DNA of 64,000 nucleotides from Antedon mediterranea (lineage: Eukaryota > Animalia > Echinodermata). Below the pieces are notes generated by a model that worked only from the letters and a program-made list of their open reading frames with translations, was not told where the DNA came from and ran no database searches. Where the stretch lies: the NCBI RefSeq assembly GCF_964355755.1, contig NC_092676.1, positions 29,840,871 to 29,904,870 of the forward strand, read 5' to 3'. A program made the translations under genes and the position numbers. Below are positions 23,859-38,800 of this stretch, one piece after another. The number at the start of each line of letters is the position of its first letter. The stretch's first letter is position 1.

Positions 23859-26800
23859 TCACCTCTTGTTTTGTTCGCTAAGTTGCGATATGAGTTTCTT
23901 TATTTCATCTCTCTTGCAATTGACTTTGTCTTCTGTGAACCATTCAGACAAACCTCGTAAAGGACTACTGTAATTATTAATAGGCAGCTAGAAAAAACAA
24001 GACACATTGTTAAATATTACAATTACACTTAATTATCGATAATTTTTATATGGTAAAGTTTCAGGCCTCGTCTTTTAAGGCGAGCGAGTACGATCACTCA
24101 CCTAACACACTCCTAACATTCCCTTGAGGAGGGCGATTTACAACACGCATAAATTTGGTAAACTTCTACACACCAAATTACAAACAGCACACCTTTACCA
24201 TCAGTAAAATACCTTGAATTTTACTGATTTGTAAAGCATACTTTTTAGATTATAAATGTATATAAATCAACAGGGACAGAATAAATAAACAGCCTGGTGA
24301 TGTACTAAAAATTTGTTATGAATTAATTTGAATGATAAAGATGAGAAAATATGTGAGAATGAGAATAGCAACCGCAATTGAGATGATTCAATGCCGAATC
24401 CTTCTGTGATAATATAATGGTTTTAAATTTGTATAGTGCAAGTGTAAAAAGAAAGAAAGTGTTACGTTAGTGTTAAATAAACCAGAAAAAAGCCTAATAA
24501 ACCGAACAAATTGACCAAGACAACAGAAAAAAAATACTTACTGTAAAAAATGACTCAACATACTGCAGAAGATAAACGCCACAGTCATGATAGTTGCTTT
24601 GTTGTGGGACATCAGGCTGCATTCCTTTGAAGTCAAAGTCACGGTTTTTACCTTTTCTAATTTTCCATTCAACTGTTAGATACCTACCAAAAGAAAGGCA
24701 ATATAAAATGAAATTTATGGGGTTCTAAAGCTCTGGGATGTGCCCAAATATGGTAGTGATAGGACATCATCATGTCCATATATGAGCCCTCCTCTCTTCT
24801 TTTGAAGTTTAGACAGAGTTTAAAGTAAAACTAAGGCTCTATCTACACTATCAAACTAGTTTGACAAAACCAAATATAGTAGTGATGACGTCATCATGTT
24901 CATATGGGCAAGCCTAACTTTTATTTTTGACTTTAGAAACTTTGTTATTATATCAGATATCCTTCTGGAAATTGTGGCAGTTTACCCCAACTGGTCTACA
25001 TTCTTGCTGGCAGGGTAAACAGATTTTAATTTTTCAGTTGAAATCGTCAGTGGAAATGATTCTGTAGGAATTGATTTACTTACTCTTTTAATTTGTTTAT
25101 ACAGGTGTTTCTCTTTGATGTTCCCTTAAGTGAATCAAAGATTAAAATACACGGTCTGAAAGAAATACAGCAACAATAAATTATGGAATATTAATCAGAA
25201 ATACTTTAAATATAAACATTTCAATTATATTCTGACAAATAAAATTATTATGAATTTGTTAGACATTGAACTTGTTTTCCCAGACAAATCAATCAAATCT
25301 CACATAACATGGTTTTTTATAGCAAGCCTTTTTTACTCACTGTTTGAATTTAACATTTTTTTAGCATTATAACATGGTTTTTTTATAGCAAGCCTTTTTA
25401 CTCACTGTTTGAATTCATAGGACTGATGAGTATGGAATACATTGTTAGCAGCATCTAGTTCCTTGTTAGATTTGATTGGTTCTTGAATATTAGTAGGACT
25501 CGTAACTTGATTCTGTTCTGCAGTTTCAGTTGAATTCCTGTTGTTTTCACTCCCTCTGTTCTTACAATCTTTTATTAAAAAAACACATACTTGTCATATA
25601 ATGTGTACTTAGTTTGAAATAACATTTAAAATAGAACATTAGTAAATTACTTATTAATGTAATGTTTCTTTGTTAATGTCTAGCAGTTTATGGCTTGTAA
25701 AGGCGATTTACATTTATGTCAAGTATTAAACATAACGTCTAAAGCTTTGTCTACACTATCAAACAAGTTTGACAAAAAAGTGTGGTGTGCCCAAATATTG
25801 TAGTGATATGATCAAATATGGTAGTGATATGACATCATCATGTCCATATATGGGCACATCACACTTTTTTGTCACATTAAGTTTGATAGTGTAGACAGAG
25901 GTAAGGTCTGCTTGAACAATTAGACTGACTGCTGATATCATGTAGTGTACATTAGATGTATTACCTTCCTCTTTACTGTTGTTTTGTTTGTCATCCTCTT
26001 CTACTGATTCAGTATTTTGTTCCATTTTCTCTTCTTCATTGTTTGATTCTTCAGTTTCCTCTTCATTAGTTGAGAGACTCGAACTGATCACTTCAGGATT
26101 ATCAGATTCACTAGTGTCCGTAATACTGATAGTAGTTAAAGATGCTACGGAGAAAGAAAGCAAACTCTTAAATCACATTATTCTCTGATCGGCATCTGTA
26201 TATATCTAAAATGTATATAGGAAATGTTTTTTTTTGTATCTATTATGTTGTGTTTATTTTTTTATGTTTTTATGTAAAAGGGTCCTGCGAAAACAGAAGT
26301 TTAAACTTCTCTATGCAGGATCCTTGCCATCATTTATGCTATGAAACTATATTTATAAAAGATGAGTAAATAAATGTGAATTGAATTGAATATGTATGAA
26401 GAAAAACAAGCTTTAAAGTTCTTCTTAATTTAGATTAAATTAAATTTAAACTTAGAAGTATACATTTACATGGAATGGTATGATAGTACTGTATCACAAC
26501 ATTATATAATATTTATATAAAGCAATAATAGTTTTAAATTGGAGGTTCCTCCATGTTTTTACAACATGGTACTAGTGGTGATGTAGTATACACAATTGTT
26601 TTTGTACCTGATTGTTGAATATTGCTCTCAATCATGGCAGGCTTAACTAGACCAGGGAAACAAACAATAGCAACATACCAATGAGCACTGTAAAAAAAAG
26701 ATTTTAATACATATTTTAATAGAAACATTATATCTCTGCCAGTTTTTATTTTTAATCTATTCAGTAGTTATTTTTAAGCATCAAAAACAGTGGTTAAGAT

Positions 26801-29800
26801 TGTTTATTAGCATGTATAATGTATTGCAGTTAAGGTTTTTGTTTGTGAACGTTTTATAGTTTTTTCCCTTAAACATCATGTAGACACTTTTTTGCAATGT
26901 TTTTGTTTTTGAGTTTGTGTTGTGTCCGTTGGATATTTTGCTCCGCCAACAGAGTAAACATAATTTCTATGTTTTTTTTCTTAAAACAAATGACAATAAA
27001 TAATACTTGACTATTTGACTTATACACGGCTTTGCAGAAAAACAACTGCTAGTTGAGCTAAGTTTTCATGTTTAAATAAAGCATATTATTCTGCGCACAG
27101 TGAATAAAAATGATGACTTGTTCATCACAAATTGAAAACTCCCTCTCACCTTTCATTAACTGGAATAACAATGAAGTCTTTCTGGAAGAGGTCGATGTTT
27201 CTCGTCCATGACTTCACATGGCTGTGTCGTCTTTCTGGTACTGACTTATGTGGTCCTAATTCAAATTTAGACAATGTATTTACACGCTTTGACAGTCGTT
27301 TATAAAAGAACGAACTAAAAATGTGAGTTCGCTCTCTGACTTCCTCACTGAGAACCTCATGCAAGAGATACCTGAATGTAAATAATAAAACAAATATCAA
27401 ATAAACTTTGAACCAATTTCCTTTTGAATTTTGTTTAGCTATTATTTCTACCATACATATATATATAAATATAGTGTTGCCCAAAAGCTCTGCTAACTTT
27501 TCTGGCTGTTTTACTTTATCGTTTTGATTTAGCTTTTCTCCATTGAGATCCAGCCAATGATACCCATGCATTGTCATTTTTTCAGTAATTTGCCTTTGGA
27601 TTTATATATAAGTATATATAAACATATCAGGCATAGAACAATAATTCTAAACTGCCCGGTGATATACTGAAATGTATTAATTAATTTGAAATGATAAAGA
27701 TGAATATTAATAAAGTACATTCTGTTTCAAACATCCCTTTACAAGTTTTTGCTTTCGGGAATTTCCTCCTCTTAATCTCCTCTATTCTTACTGATCATAG
27801 TCATATTATATGTACTGAATAATGTATTGAGATCCAGTGTATATATATATATGACATGAGAGATTTGATTCACTTATAATATGTACTGAATAATGTATTG
27901 AGATCCAGTGTATATATATATATGACATGAGAGATTTGATTCACTTATAATATGTACTGAATAATGTATTGAGATCCAGTGTATATATATATGACATGAG
28001 AGATTTGATTCACTTATAATATGTACTGAATAATGTATTGAGATCCAGTGTATATATATATGACATGAGCGATTTGATTCACTTATAATATGTACTGAAT
28101 AATGTATTGAGATCCAGTGTATATATATATGACATGAGAGATTTGATTCACTTATAATATGTACTGAATAATGTATTGAGATCCAGTGTATATATATATG
28201 ACATGAGAGATTTGATTCACTTATAATATGTACTGAATAATGTATTGAGATCCAGTGTATATATATATATGACATGAGAGATTTGATTCACTTATAATAT
28301 GTACTGAATAATGTATTGAGATCCAGTGTATATATATATGACATGAGCGATTTGATTCACTTATAATATGTACTGAATAATGTATTGAGATCCAGTGTAT
28401 ATATATATGACATGAGAGATTTGATTCACTTATAATATGTACTGAATAATGTATTGAGATCCAGTGTATATATATATGACATGAGAGATTTGATTCACTT
28501 GCCAAATACAACTAAATTATAATAATCTATTATTCATACTTCAGGTAAAAGTCGATAATGACATCGTTGATAAATTCGCCATCCTCTAAGCAACTCAAAT
28601 CTTCACTTGTGACAGAGATTCTTCCCTTGGACTCATTCGGTGGGTAGATCAATTGCCTGCAAATACAAAATGAAAATCATTCATCAAAGAAACAAAAAGG
28701 AATTGTAGCTTAGTGATGCTTGTCTTACTAATCCTGAGGTCCTGGTAAACTATTATGATTTCTATATATTAGAGATATATTGTCTCCCTGAAAAATATTT
28801 TTATCTTTTGTTGAATACGACATTTTAATGTCACATAAAAGTTAATCACTTTGAGAACATTAGATGTAAAAAAAATGTAATTTAAAGCAAAAAATAGTCA
28901 AATTGTGTATCAGACAATTGTTTTTAGTTAAATTTAAATGTTTATTTTATCTTTGTACATTGTGAAATTATTATTTTTGTTTTTGTTTTATAAGAAGGAA
29001 TTTCTAATAAATTTATTATTTTTCATGCTTTTGTGGACAATACATCTTTAAAGGATAAAATAAGTAATAAACAAATTAATGTTAAATTAATCACTTACAA
29101 AGGTTGTTGTATTGGTGATGACCTGTTGACTATTGGTGATGACCTGTTGACTATTGGTGATGACCTGTTGACTATTGGTGATGACCTGTTGACTATTGGT
29201 GATGACCTGTTGACTATTGATGATGACCTGTTGACTATTCGTTGGTCAGATGAAGTGGACGTGAACTTATCAGGTTCAAAAGTTGATTTTTCCTTCTGAA
29301 CTTTGACCTCCGTTGTTGGTTTGTACTTTTCTAAAATGTTGTCTATATTGTTTGGTGCTACTTCCAAACATTGCAGATCTTGAAAAGACAAAATAATTTC
29401 TTTATTTTTCCCAAATTGTTTTTTGCCTTCAGTTATACTAATGTATTTATGTAAACTTAATTTTCTGCATGAAAATGACCTCTAGTTTAATCCTGATCAC
29501 TCCTAAAGCGCAAGCACATTAACACATTGACTATGAATAATAAAGCAACTAGTACATAATGATTCTTACCCTTATTTGTGACTTGATAAGATTCGATGAG
29601 TTTTCTTATTTGTGCACTTTTATTCTCTGTTAATTTGTTGGCATGTATGTTGATTGTCTTTTTGGATTGATCTGCAATAAAGTATTTTAATCTTGTATCA
29701 CTATGATCAAGGAAATGAGGACTGTGAAATAGTATGGCATAGCAGTACAGAGGTACACAGACTAATCTTTCATTGTTATTATTCTTCACCTTATATATAT

Positions 29801-32800
29801 GGCTCTGTGTCACAGCTGTATTCTTACCTGAGCTTCCTGGATCGTACCAGCTAGTTTTATTCATCTTTAACCTACTTCTAATATTAAGGCCTACAGCTGG
29901 AACTGTTTGAAAAAATATAGAGAACTTTGAATCACATGTGTAATATACGCACGACACCAAATCAACTGTCTTCAGCTCTAGTTGCATAAGTGACGAGGTA
30001 TCTGTAAGAATTCAAGATTCAAGAAATGTTATTAAAAATGGAAATTCACTTTGCTAGGCATACAACAACAATAATGAAAAGATCATAGCGCGTTGACGAA
30101 TCTTCTTTGATATTACTTTTAAACCTTTAGGTATAAAGCTCTGTCTAAACTATCAAACTAGTTTGACAAAAAAGTGTGTTGTGCCCAAATGTGGTAGTAG
30201 GTATCCCAATGAAAAAATTCAGATTAATTTTTTTACATTTTCTTTCAGTTAACCATAAAGAACTTAATGTAATTAGCATTTTGCGATTTAAATGATTGAA
30301 ATCCGATTACCCGTTCTAAAGTTATGGTTATTTAAAGTGGTAAAAAAATATACGATTTTTTGCCTAAAAATGGTGTTTTTTGCAGTTGAAATTGGAAGCA
30401 TTTTTAAAAGGTTATAACTTTTACAATAATTAGTTAAAAGTTTTGAATTTTGTTAAACCTATAGATATCACAGAGTTGTACAACTCTATTTTTTTTGGAG
30501 CCTCAACGAAACCTATTTTTTAAATTATTGGTCCGCAAAGTGGTGGGAAAGCATTTAACGCCCATTTTTGCTGGAATTCCCTAAAAAATGAAAAAACTGC
30601 TATTTTTCAATGATCTGTAACTTTTGAACTACTGTACTAATTCATTTAATTTTTTTTGTACTTGTTAGAATGTAGTGTATATTTCATTAATAAATATATT
30701 TTAGATGTGTATATGAAAAAAAAAAATTTTTTTAATGGTGAAATTTAAAATTATAAAAAGAAAAAATGAAAAAGTATGTTAAAAACGGTGTGTACTGTTT
30801 CCTTTCTTTTACACTAATTTTCGGTAAGTATAATTATTAGAATATTTTAATATACTTTATATTTATAATTTCAATCATAAATACTATTATATATAACTTT
30901 TGAATACGTAAAACAAGATTTTAGGCCCATATGATTATGACACCAAATCTAAGCCGGGCTGCTAAGTAAGATATGCTCTTTTAAGGCAAACGCACAATAT
31001 GGGTCAAAATAAACTCATTTAAAATAATCAATGTTAATTAAAACAATTAATTGTTTACCTGAATAGTATATATAACATTATAAAAATTGTTTTCTTTTCG
31101 TATTATTACGTTATTAAATTGAAATACGGAGCTAAAGTTTAGGCCAAGTCACGGCTTACTCGCGATCAGTAGTCGCTCCGTTAAAGTATTTCGGTCGCAG
31201 TTAATGACTTTCGGCCGCCGTATACAGAGTCAAATGTAACGTTGGTAAATTAGCTTAATAAATTTCCATTTTATTGTATACTTGCATAATAAATCTTCCG
31301 CACATTACATCAATTTTAAGTTGTTAAATTAATGTGTAAAACCAGATATTCTACGACGGAAAAGGACATGTCAATCTCCGACATCGCTGCTGTCACACAT
31401 CTCGCGTCGAGCCGGTCGAACTCGAGCGAGGAAAACTAAACAACGTGTTCAAAATATGGAACGTACCATTCGCTGATAGGGTGCATTAATGTATTTAACG
31501 GAAAACGCCACAACAAACACGCGCGTATTTTAGAGTACAATATTTTACTCACTACATTATTCACCGGATTATAATGGTTGGATCTTTAAAATTTTGAACG
31601 GGATTTACGCCTCATGCACCATTTTAAAATGTAGTTCGCTCAATTACCATGCACAATACGTTTGTAAACTATGTTTTATCGATTTCAATGTAGATTTAGC
31701 TATAATTTAATACCAAAATCCATAATATTTTTCCATAAACGGTGAATCAAAATTGGATTTTTGTCACAAAAATTGACTTTTCGTTACGAAAAACCTATTT
31801 ATAGAAGACGATTTTCGTATCAAATTAAAGCTTATTTAAAGCCTGATAACATACAACAAAAATTAATCCGCTAGCTCCAATGGTAATCGTGCGATCGTGT
31901 TTTGAAAACTGATGGGGATTTTCCGATGAGGTTTTCAACGCGCGGAAATCGGCTCGACGGGATTTTAGAACCGTTTTAAAATCGCATTTTCTCGGCAACT
32001 AATTCATTAATTTTAATTATAAACACACTTATACATAGATTAAAACAAGTACTTTCAAACAATATAAATTTTGTAAGTATTAATTAAGATTGAATACGAT
32101 TTATTTAACATCAAAGTCATACTACTTTTTCGAATTTCGTCAATATTTCAAAAGTGATACCCCTCTGTGCGCTTTCATTGGGATACCTAGTGGTAGTAAT
32201 ATGACATCATCATGTCCATATATGGGCACATCACATTTGTCACATAAAGTTTAATAGTTTAGACAGAGCTTTAGACAGAACATCAAAATAGAGGCAACTC
32301 AGAATTAACCATGAATAAAAAAGCACTGAAGTTTGTTGCTTAGAAGGCATTTTTACAACTGGCAATGTCAAACTTTTAGGTATAAATCAACATAAAAACA
32401 CATACTCCAAAAATCCATACAGAATTAATCATGAAAAAAGGCCCAAAGATTTTTGCTTAGAAGGCATTTTTACAATGGAATGTCAAGGCAATCTGACAGG
32501 CTTGGCACACCTACCGGTAAATGGTTAATAATATAGAGGCACTCCTTTTCCTGTTTTATGTGGTTTTTTACAATTTCACACATTTTCTTTTTAGCTTACC
32601 GTTCAAATTTAAAACTATTTTATTCCATTGAAAATCAACAGATGTACAAGATGTATATTCTTTGCTTCCAATTCTAATAAGAGTTGCATCAAAGGATACT
32701 AATCGTAGACCATTTTGTGCGGTTATATCGGACTTTTCTAGATTACAATCTGGTAGATCGTCTTTTAGTACTTTTTCACTACTTTTACAAGGTAATTCCC

Positions 32801-35800
32801 CATTCTAAAAACAAAAACACGAAGATAATAGAATTCAATAGTATACAAATAATAAATGTCATACTCATCCAACAGCAAATGCAGTAGATTGTCAACAAAA
32901 TGTTTTTTACAAGTGTCATTTGAGGCTTAGGAAGTGGAGTTGAAATTATATGCAAAACTAAAATACCTGGTTTCTCATTTTGTTTTTAATCTTCTTCTTG
33001 ACAGGTGTATTATAGCCACTCCCACTATCTGTATCATCCAATCTGTGGTGACTGGTGGGCTTAAGTTCAGACTCATCTGAAAACATTAAATAAAGACCAA
33101 ACTTCAAAACATGCATACAAACCAAAAAATGAACACAAATTTAAATAAGCATCTGCAACTAGACTGGACCTCCTAACTTTGTATGGCATGTACAGTACTG
33201 TATGCAAATAACTAGACTGGACCTCCTAACTTTGTATGGCCTGTACTGTATACAAATAACTAGACTGGACCTCCTAACTTTGTATGGCATGTACTGTATG
33301 CAAATAACTAGACTGGACCTCCTAACTTTGTATGGCCTGTACTGTATGCAAATAACTAGACTGGACCTCCTAACTTTGTATGGCATGTAGTGTATGCAAA
33401 TAACTAGACTGGACCTCCTAACTTTGTATGGCCTGTACTGTATGCAAATAACTAGACTGGACCTCCTAACTTTGTATGGCCTGTACTGTATGCAAATAAC
33501 TAGACTGGACCTCCTAACTTTGTATGGCCTGTACTGTATGCAAATAACTAGACTGGACCTCCTAACTTTGTATGGCCTGTACTGTATGCAAATAACTAGA
33601 CTGGACCTCCTAACTTTGTATGGCCTGTACTGTATGCAAATAACTAGACTGGACCTCCTAACTTTGTATGGCCTGTACTGTATGCAAATAACTAGACTGG
33701 ACCTCCTAACTTTGTATGGCCTGTACTGTATGCAAATAACTAGACTGGACCTCCTAACTTTGTATGGCCTGTACTGTATGCAAATAACTAGACTGGACCT
33801 CCTAACTTTGTATGGCCTGTACTGTATGCAAATAACTAGACTGGACCTCCTAACTTTGTATGGCCTGTACTGTATGCAAATAACTAGACTGGACCTCCTA
33901 ACTTTGTATAGCCTGTACTGTATGCAAATACCTAGACTGGACCTCCTAACTTTGTATGGCCTGTACTTTATGCAAATAACTAGACTGGACCTCCTAACTT
34001 TGTATAGCCTGTACTGTATGCAAATAACTAGACTGGACCTCCTAACTTTGTATGGCCTGTACTGTATGCAAATATGTCTAGTTGCTTAAGTTCCTGGTGT
34101 TGTTATCAGTAGGTGGTATATTTCTATTGTAATTTTTTTAATGTAATATTGTATATCGGTACAACAGTTCAATTCATTCATTCCGAATTTGACAATACAA
34201 ACAATAACACATACATCACACATGCTAAATCCGGAGACTCCTACAGCAAACTGAACACATACATCACACATGCCAGACCCTGGAGACTCCTACAGCAAAC
34301 TGAACACATACATCACACATGCTAGACCCTGGAGACTCCTACAGCAAACTGAACACATACATCACACATGCTAGACCCTGGAGACTCCTACAGCAAACTG
34401 AACACATACATCACACATGCTAGACCCTGGAGACTCCTACAGCAAACTGAACACATACTGTACATCACACATGCTAGACCCTGGAGACTCCTACAGCAAA
34501 CTGAACACATACATCACACATGCTAGACCCTGGAGACTCCTACAGCAAACTGAACACATACATCACACATGCCAGACCCTGGAGACTCCTACAGCAAACT
34601 GAACACATACATCACACATGCCAGACCCTGGAGACTCCTACAGCAAACTGAACACATACATCACACATGCTAGACCCTGGAGATTCCTACAGCAAACTTA
34701 AGCACTTCTGATGGGACCATCCCAGCCAGCAACAATTAGCATTAATTCTGTGTTTTAACCATAATCTTACATTGCAAAAATAGCAAAACTATTGAATTAT
34801 TGAACTTAAGTTAAAATATAGTTGATGTTGATATAAAGATTGCAGTAAACTATATATGTAATTCTGAAAAGAACTGTTGAGTTAATTCAATCAATATGCT
34901 TTAATCGTTAATGGACTTCAAAGGATAGTTTAAGACAGTACTCACTCCAAACAACTTTTGTGAGTAATGTTTTTTTATTATTCCAACACCTCTAGCTACA
35001 TTTTTGCAACGTATACATCACCGTAGACTTTTGCAATGTGTACATCACTGTAGACTTCCAAAAATAGCGTATAAAGAGTACAAACCTGAATCAGATTCCA
35101 CACTACCATTGCTCTTCTTTTTATGAGAGTCAAATACCGCTGGTGAGCTACAGTCGTCAGAGTGTACACCATTAAATACCGCCGGTAAACTACAGTCGTC
35201 AGAATTGACCCCATTACTTGTCTCCTCATCTTGACTCATTGGTTCCTCCTCATCACTAGATATTGATATACACACTAGATGGATGCAATATTAAATATTT
35301 ACTTGTATGAACAGAAATATGAAGATGCAGATGCTTTTCATGAATTCTTAAATACCTTTTTTGATCAATTTTTAACTTTTACAATGTATGATATTGACAC
35401 ATAATTAGACTAAAAATTAGACTACCAATTAAACAAACAATGAAAGAAACCTAAAGGAAAGTAAAAAAACATCAGGAAGAACGAAATATTTAAAGGAAAA
35501 AACATTGACACCAAACCATCTAGCCCTAAACAGAAAATAAATTGGAAAAAAGGTCTAAATGACAGAAAATGTTTAAGAGAGGAAGAGAGAGTTTTATAAT
35601 TCCTCACTGACTTCTGGACCAAATTGTAAATCATTCTGGTGATAACCAGCCTTAAACATGTTCTTTATTTTGAATGAAATCAACTCAAATTAAAACGAAA
35701 AAAGGTTGCGAAGTGAAACTAAGTAACATATTACCAGGTTGAACAGCTTGTTTTCTAGGCCTCCTTGCTGGGTAGCTCTTTGCTGGTGTCTTCAGCCGAT

Positions 35801-38800
35801 ATGATTCTTTCCAATTACTAGAAGATACTGTAGATGGAGGTGACTGCCGTTTTACCGGCAAATAAACTGTTTTTTTCTTGTTAACAAAAGATCTCCATGA
35901 TTCATTGTTTAAAGTTTTCATTTCTTCTTTTGGCACAGGAATAAGTTTCCGATATTTTTTAACAGAGAAATCACATTTACAGGAGTCACATTTTACAAGA
36001 CTTCTTGATTTTATTCCACAATGAGCACACAGGGCAAGATTAACGGTATCTGTATCATCATCATCATCATCCTGAAATAATAATAATAATAGTCTGAAAT
36101 GCAAATTATACTAATATTTTTCAAAAATAGACATATCAAATAATAATGATACTAGGATTTTGAAATAGGAGACCCAAGTTGTAAAATTTACACTGAATTT
36201 AACTTATTGTTTATCGTTTGAATTGAAAATTTCAAAATTTGTGGGGTGGTGGCGGGAGTGTTTGGTGTCTTAGTCGGCCCATCACAGAGACATTATTATT
36301 TCTACATGCTCAAATACCAAGGATAATATCTTTAGGAAATTTATGTATTGTTCCCCAAAAACTTGAAAAATGAAGATTAATTAAATCAGATTTTGAATAG
36401 GTTATTTTTTAGTTAGTTAATCACTTCCATAGAAGTTTTTTCACGTAAATAAATTTTGTTTAGATCCAATTTTTGGTCACAGTGGATAACTATTATGAGA
36501 CATTAAAATGGCATATTCAACAACAAAAATTATTTTTCAGGGGGACAATACATCTTTAACCATAGTGTTACTACAACTGAAAATACACATCAACAGCCAA
36601 CACAATTTAACTGTGCTTGTGTATAATCACAAAAAAAAAATATTGCATATTATTTCTACCATCTCATCATCGGGTGTACACGTTTTCTTACGTTTTCGGT
36701 TGAAAGGATTTCCGACGTTGAGGCTGGGACTTTTACTGGACGTGTTTGTGGTGTCATTTTAGTTGGTAATGATCTACTAGAATGCTTTCCTGGTGTTTTG
36801 CTGTTTGTATCATTTGTAGCTGCTGTTTAAAAAACAAAAATAAATTGTATTTGTATTGGTTCACTATAGTTAATCTTTTTAGTCACCACTTAGTAGACTT
36901 TGTTATTTGTTTGAGAACAGGAACACAATTTGACAAAACCAAATTTGATCATTACAACCATTCAGGATCTTTCTTTATATATTTAGCTAAATTGCCAAGG
37001 ATAAACTTAAACTATCCTTCTTAAAGGTGGCAATCTTGTTCACAAGACAAACATATACACAAGATGCTCTACATAAACAAAATCTTATTACAACTTTTTG
37101 GGAGTGGAGTTGTAATTTGTCATTTGAAAAAAATTCTGACATGCAGACAGGACTTGGATTGGTAGCCAAGCATCATAACCACCAAGTCACCAATCTACTC
37201 CAATGTGATTGGTCATTGGTCTTACCTGTAAGTTGCTTATGTTGGATGAGTTTGAGTAGTTGGGAAGAAGGTATTTGTATCACACCTGGCCTCAAATCTG
37301 CCATGTTTACATTTGTGCCATTTGAACTGAAATCAAAACACAGATTGAAGAAAAATATGAAAAAAAATCAAAAGACAATGCAATATCAAATATTGTACTT
37401 GACCTAGTACAGTATATTATGGTACAGTCGGAGTATATTATGGTACAGTATATTATGGTACAGTATATTATGGTACAGTATATTATGGTACAGTATATTA
37501 TGGCACAGTATATTATGGTACAGTATATTATGGTACAGTATATTATGGCACAGTATATTATGGTACAGTATATTATGGTACAGTATATTATGGTACAGTA
37601 TATTATGGTACAGTATATTATGGTACAGTATATTATGGTACAGTATATTATGGTACAGTATATTATGGTACAGTATATTATGGTACAGTATATTATGGTA
37701 CTGTACAGTATATTATGGTACAGTATATTATGGTACAGTATATTATGGTACAGTATATTATGGTACAGTATATTATGGTACAGTATATTATGGTACTGTA
37801 CAGTATATTATGGTACAGTATATTATGGTACAGTACAGTATATTATGGTACTGTACAGTATATTATGGTACAGTACAGTATATTATGGTACTGTACAGTA
37901 TATTATGGTACTGTACAGTATATTATGGTACTGTACAGTATATTATGGTACAGTGTATTATATACCAATACAAATCATTTATATACCTACCGTTTTAGTA
38001 AAATAATTGGTTGGTTTGTCTGTGTAAAGACAGTTATTTCAGCATTTGTGACTGGGGTTTCTGAACTAGTTTGTGTTGTAATGTAGGTCCTCTTCTGGGC
38101 TCTTGGTCTAGTGTTTGATAAGTTGTTGGACTGGTATGGTTTAAAAGAAGCTACTGTGCTGCCATCCACTTTGGGTAAGTTTGTAGACTTTGGTACAGAC
38201 AGTTTTGGAATTTTACCTAATTGCTTGCTGTCAAATTCCTTTTGGAGAAGAAAGATTACTATTTTCAGCAATAAAAATCATTTTTTAAAACCAATTTGAT
38301 ATTAAATTTCTAAAGCTCTGTCTACACTATCAAACGAGTATGACAAAGAAAGTGTGATTTGCCCAAATATGGTAGTGATATGCCTCAATATGGTGGTGAT
38401 ATGAAATTAGCATGTCCATATATGGGCACATCACATTTTTTTGTGAAATAAAGACAGAGCTTTATAAGCTATATATTATACAAATTAGTTATCAAGCAAA
38501 ATATATGGATAAAACCTACAAACTTCATTCAATTTTATGTACAGACATAACTCATATCATCATTATATTAAACTTTAAGAACGAGTACTTACTATAGCAC
38601 CCTTGTGTTTCCTAGATAATGGTGGTTGAACTACCACATGGCTTGTTCCTGTTTTCGTAAATAAATTCCCATGTTTTCCCTTATCAACAATGATAATATC
38701 ACTGCAAAAACAATTGTGGTAACTATATACATATAATATGTTTGTATATGATATATAAAGCCCCAATGATCAACAAATTGTATAAATTGTATACACTTAC

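Noticed and set aside
23835-23861. Stop readthrough or selenocysteine at the SENP TGA-C
   Set aside because: Only 7 more codons to the next TGA, the C-terminus already matches the family end and no SECIS was seen.
27540-27602. ~60-bp sequence shared with 43238-43301
   Set aside because: Most likely a fragment of another dispersed repeat; too short to classify.
27874-28511. His/Ile-rich repeat ORFs on the SENP strand
   Set aside because: 69/71-bp satellite with frameshifting units; the flanking exons join directly as DFYLK/YL.
33159-34602. Repetitive ORFs up to 231 aa ([16 protein letters not shown])n
   Set aside because: Stop-free frames of 48/49-bp intronic minisatellites; no splice or homology support.
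37419-38086. (MVQYI)n ORFs
   Set aside because: Translation of a 15-bp satellite antisense to a SENP intron.
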